Positions 57,769-64,000 of a stretch of 64,000 bases of DNA are shown here, piece by piece. The position numbers and the translations under genes are program-made. This DNA comes from the human T2T-CHM13v2.0 reference genome, Homo sapiens, in NCBI RefSeq assembly GCF_009914755.1, contig NC_060942.1. The stretch is one strand, 5' to 3'. How positions within the stretch are numbered: position 1 is the first letter of the stretch; each line of letters starts with the position of its first letter. Below the pieces are notes generated by a model, which was not told the DNA's origin, searched no databases, and saw nothing but the letters and a program-made list of their open reading frames with translations.

Positions 57769-59271
57769 CTCGGGGTGCTTAAAAGTTACCCTAGGTGATT
57801 CAAGTATGCAGCTAAGATGGAGACGACTACAAAAGGAACCCTCTTTTCACAGAAAATTCAGGTAAAGAGTGAGTCACTGGAGGATCAGAAGGTTTGGGTT
57901 TACTCTGAGTTTTGAAGTGATTCTTAACATCCAAGGATAGATCTACCTTCCTTAGCACCAAAAGAGCAATGCTAATCTCTACCCACACTCCACATCTCTG
58001 CTAGAGGATGCTCATGATTAAAAGAAATAGGTCAAACCCCCAATAATCTAGCCAACCCTGGCTCAGTGCCCCAGGAATAAGTGCTGATTGCTAAATAAGT
58101 CCTTTTTATTCTCTCTGTGTCCTCCTTTGCTGTCATTCTGCTAAATCTTTGATCACTTAGGCATGGAGATAGTGTATCTGTAACCTCCATGGACTATTTG
58201 GGCTTTGTGGAATGAGATGAAGGTTAGAGATAAATGAAACATGTACTTGAAATTTGATTTCCTCTCTGCTCCATTTCGTCGGTTTGAGAGACGGTGAATC
58301 TAATCACAGATTGATCTTATTAAGTCTAATGACCTAATGATTAACAAGAGAAATGCATCTGTGGTCAAATTGCCTGTTTTAATTATTTTAAGGAGCAGTA
58401 CCATCAATGGGCAACAGGAAGCAGTCTCTTACATGTGGGTTAGCTTGCACATGGTGTTGTCTCGGTTATTACTCTCTTGATACCTAGTAGAGAAATTACA
58501 TCCAAAAAAACTCAGATGTACTCAATGTCTCACAATTTGCAATAGGCAGTGTGAGGCAGAGGTGAAAGTTTTGATCTTGATATGTTTCACAAGTTGTAAT
58601 GGCATCCTGGCGTCCCGGAAGGCTGCTAAGAGAGGAGGTGAGAACAAGCTGGAGAGGAGTCCATTGGTAGGAGATAAAGAGGAGACTGTTGTAATACAGG
58701 GAAGCCAAGGTCTAGGACAAAATGTTTACTGATAATTCAGGCAAAGACTGTTTGGTGTCTGGGCTGTTCTATGGCAAAGACCTCTTAGGGACAATAGAAC
58801 TGACCTGATTTCATACTATTAATCAACATCAGTTAAAAAGTGGAATAGTTTTAAATGATACATACATTAGGCATTACATATTCACTTAAAACACAAATGT
58901 ATATTCATTTTCAAATCTTTGATGGTGAGCCAACACACCCCCTTTTGGAAATAAGTCTGCCAAATGGAGTTATATTTTTGCACAAAATATCCATAATGCA
59001 TCCTTCATGCTTTATATTTTGATACGATTAAAGTAGAACAAGAATTTAACACAGTTGTGAGTCTAGAATCTATAAGAATTCAGAATTATAGATTTTTAAA
59101 TGACAAATTTTAAACTGTCTTGCCAATCCCTGTTGCAACAATAATTTGGGAGGAGAGAGAGCTGAGACTCATGGTTAACATATCATTTCAAATTACTCAA
59201 CTTGGTCTGCATGTTGACTTGCTTCTCACAGTATTTTATCAGTTCATGCAATTTACAATTCACGTAAATTA

Positions 59272-59553
<282 letters not shown>

Positions 59554-60439
59554 CTAATTAATTGATTCATTAATTAATAATAATTTACTTAAACTAAAAA
59601 TTATGTACAACTGGTATAAACTGGTTTGGAAGAAAACACAACTGACTCTTCATAAACCTGTCGGAGAGAGCTTCAGTTCAGGTATAGCAGAGTGCAATCT
59701 TGCTGCCAGGATTTAGAAAATTTGAGACATTGATCATTAAGATTTTGAGAGGAAGCAGGGACCACTGGTTAACCTGGTGGGTGAGTTAAAGAGGAGGCTG
59801 GTTAAAAGAGTTCCTACTGTAACAGCTGATAAGAACAGAGTGAGGTATCACAGGCTTGGGAGCCATGGATTGCTCACCTTTGGCAAGGCAAGAAACAGTC
59901 TATAAAAATTGGTTTCTTATCAAGACTCTTTCAAGATCAGCAATTTGGAAAGTTTACAAATTTGCTAGATATAGAATTCTGTTTTAAAATGTAATTTTGC
60001 ATTAGCATCCCAGCAACTCTTATCTATTGTTCTGTATAAAATGTAGGGTCTTGATCTGTTATGTTACAAAATATATAAAAAATTATTGACCAAGATATGT
60101 ACCCTTCTGGTGCCTACACATGCATTCAGCAGCTAGAAATGTCCTTCTCACTGGCTGCAGTTACTGGGATAAGAATGATGTCCATTCTGATTAGTATAGA
60201 AGCTTCAGGCAGCCACAAATTAGCTAATATGATAATACACTTCATACTAATGGGACATAAACTAGGGGTGCTTTTGAAATTCCAGGGACAATGTTTTTAA
60301 TAATAAAATGAGGAGATGAGGACAAGCTTGATAGGAATCTGTTGGGAAGAGGCAAAAGAATGATAAAATATAATATATAATTTGATCATGAAAAATACTA
60401 AAACGTCAGACCATGTCCAGACCAGCGATACTGCCAAGC

Positions 60440-60960
60440 GCAACTCCTGAACATTTCCCCAAATCCTATCTCTACATCTGAAATGACTCTGGAACGTGCC
60501 CCCTCTGTCCATTCACAGAGCCAGGCTACCATCCTTTGCCTGAAATTCTGTAAAGGCCTTTTAATGATCTTCCTACATGTATTGTCTCCTCACAGTTCTT
60601 TCTCTATGCTATTCCAGGGTGAACATTTAAAAAGACAACCCCACTTTTATTACTCTCCATCAATGACATCTCATTACATATGTCAGTTTTCATGCCAACA
60701 ATAGTTTTTATTTCCTCCCTTATCTGCCTCCTGAACTCAAGATCATGTCTTAAAGCCTTCATTGACCTTAACCCTCCATATTATGCAAGGTTCCCTATGC
60801 ACAGTTGCAATTGGATAAAATAGTTTAGTTTTACATCTGTCTTTTGCACTAGACCACACTTCATGAAGGGACTCCATCTCTGCTTTGTTCCTACACTTTC
60901 TTGTGTCCAGCTTCATATGTAAACATTGTAGGCTTTTAATAAAAGTTTACTGACTATATT
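60440..60960 (+). mobile_element. L2 fragments
   Basis: CCAGGCTACCATCCTTTGCCTG; CACTAGACCACACTTCATGAAGGGAC; AATAAAAGTTTACTGA. Confidence 0.6.
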
Positions 60961-62054
60961 AACTATTTCTATTGCTTACAAAATAATTTGAAGTCTTATT
61001 ATTTGACATTTTAATTGCTAGAGCTAAAAACTGTAAGGACATTGCCAATATTAAAACAGTCATTTTAAGACAACAAAAATGCTTTTTTATAAGACTTCTT
61101 TAAAAATTAAGGTAAAATTTGTTTACTGACTTCAGGAATTACAGTATATATAATAAGTTTAACAAGTACTATACTATCACTCTTAAATTCTACAATTAAA
61201 CAGTTACATCTTCCACTCTAGATCCTAAACAGATACTAATTTTAAAAAGACAGTTTTCTCAGTTATTGAAAATTTTCATTTATCTTTCTCCTTTTTCAAT
61301 TTACATGTTAAAAGACTTCCATTCAATTTTGAAATAAATGGAATGGAGGGCCCAGGCTAGTATGTTACTATTCTCCTAACAGGCTCTGGGGACCAGTCAT
61401 TTGTCAGATTTAAGCCACTGTACTCCATTTAGACTAATTCATATGATAAAACTGTAGCATTAATAAAAGTTCATAATTTAATTGCACTATGAACCATTGC
61501 TTAGAGGCTTATCTGTCCCATAGAGGATCAACAGCCTGGTGAGAACATCATAGCTTATGTAAAATAATGCAGCCATTTATTATATGCCTAAACTTGAGAT
61601 ATTTCTGAGATGATGACTAGGGAGATGAACAGGCATGTGGAGAAGCCACGAGTTGGTATGTCTTAACTGAAGTAAACGTAGTATGGGTAAAATTCCAAGA
61701 AAAGATGAATGAGATTATGTATACTACCAAACAAATACTGAGGTAAAAGAGGATACTTTTAAAAAGTAAATTATATCATCAATTACAAATAGTCAGAAAT
61801 TTCAACTCTATAGATTAATTGAAATGTCTTAGCACTGTTCAAGCTTCACTCTTCTGTGGTAGATTCCCAAGGACACAGGATCTTCATAAAGGGCTACTTT
61901 TCTCGGCATCATCTTAGAAGAGAATTAAGGAATTGTCACAGAAGTCTACATTACCTAACATTATAAACATATTTTCACGGTCAAAACCTCTACAGAGCAT
62001 GTAAACTTGAGAAGATTTGGAAGCAATTCTTTGAGGATTGAGGTCCTGACAATG

Positions 62055-62383
<329 letters not shown>

Positions 62384-64000
62384 TAGCAGTACTCCTCAAT
62401 GATCATGAGTCCAAGCTGAAGGTTGAAGTCAACAATATTTATAAGCTCTAAAGATATTTCCTAACTACATTTTATTAACAGGACCTACATCAATAATGTA
62501 GGCTAGCATAAACACAGCAAGATTATATACAGTTTGTTGTCAGCAAATATATTGACTAGAATGTTTGTTTGCTTTTTTATGAAGAAGGTATACTCATCAC
62601 TTCCTCAAGATAGGGGAAAAATTGTCTTCTTGTTACAAAACAAGCCTCTCAAAACATTATGTATTTGTATACTTTTAATCAATCACCTTTCTCCTAAGGT
62701 TTATTTTAATGGTTAATTTTTTTGTTTTTTGCTTATTATTTATGTTTATAATGTTCCCTCTTGTGTCTTGGAGTGTCTACTTTGGAAAATTAAGGATGTG
62801 GTGGCACATTTCAAAACTATTATATCTGGGATAAACAGAGGGGAATTATTTTAAAAGTCATTCTGGCTTACAGAGTTCATACATAAAAGAATAAAAAGTT
62901 GAAAATAATAAATGTTATAGTAACTATACACCCAGCTGATATGTATCCTAATCTTCTGTAAAAGCAATCCAACAACTTCAGTTTTTTTTCTGAAGTGACA
63001 CAAATTCTACATTGTCTTTTCATCTCTGAGTTTAATAAATATCTGCTTAGAAATACTATTAAAGTTGTTAGCAGTTACTCCAGAAGTAGAGTTTTGACAA
63101 AGATTGGACAGCAAAGCTGGACAACTTATTGCAGGACGCATCAACTCAGGTTTAACACAGGAGTACTGAATTCCGAATATGATTACACTCAGACTGTGGA
63201 CTCTTATCAAGACTCAGCTAGAGCTATTCAGCAAAGCTTACTCTAGTACTATCCTCTGATAACTGGCTTTCACTCGTAACCACACATTTCTCTGAACTAG
63301 AGTGTAAAATCAAGGTAGGAGTATACATGGCACCTACAGACCAAGTCAAGAAAACAGCTGTGTAGGTGTAAAATAATCACATTGATCCATTGTGAAGATG
63401 TGTGACCCCTATTAATGAGTTGACTTCATAGTTAAATTTTATAATCATATCCCTTGAGCCACTGGGTGTGTTGCTATTTAGGCTACATTTTCTATGGTCT
63501 CACCAGAGCCATATGAAAACAGCAATCATTTTTCTTTAACCACCACAACTACTAAGATGGAGTCATCTGGCATTCTAACATCAATTAGTGGAGCAACCTC
63601 CCAAAGTGGTATTCTCTCAGAGGAGAGTGAGAGTACGCATTTTCCATGGCACACTCTGTAGAGTCTTTATAAATATATTGATTCTGTTGACTTTCTGTAC
63701 TTTAATGAGCAGATGATGTTTGGCTGCATCTCACCTGTCTCACCTATGTTTTGCCTATTTTTTATTGCTCCATAACACAACACCTTTTCTGTAAATTTCA
63801 GATGTGAGAATAAAGGAGAGAAATGTTTAGGGGTGAAAGCACCGGTAGCTACGTAAGCAGACTACTACCATACTTACACATGAAATCTGCCTGATATAAA
63901 ATAGTCAACCATTCTACCAGAAAGAACTTTGGATTTCCTGCGATAGCAATTTTATTTTAAAATCAAAGTTGCATATCTGCAAATAAAAGTAATAGCACTT

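Noticed and set aside
62995-63246. 83-aa ORF in unique-looking DNA
   Set aside because: GTG start, no recognisable family in the frames I read, and a length expected by chance.

Overview
This is primate (almost certainly human) AT-rich intronic DNA from inside the RIT2 (Rin, neuronal Ras-family GTPase) gene, which is transcribed on the minus strand. The only solid coding sequence is one 192-nt internal exon (25327-25518, AEFTAMREQ...DLEQFRQ). A 64-nt cassette exon missed by the ORF track (22452-22515) adds PTLKEFGREEF and a stop codon. The rest is a layered record of transposons: 10 Alus, a near-full-length ancient L1 with nested insertions, other L1/L2/MIR fragments, about 9 LTRs, and DNA transposons (Charlie1a, MER6, MER45A, MER5, MADE1). 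Repeat subfamily names come from remembered consensus sequences and need RepeatMasker/Dfam confirmation. I found no convincing new biological system. The best leads are several routes to truncated RIT2 isoforms and a few clear mutational footprints.
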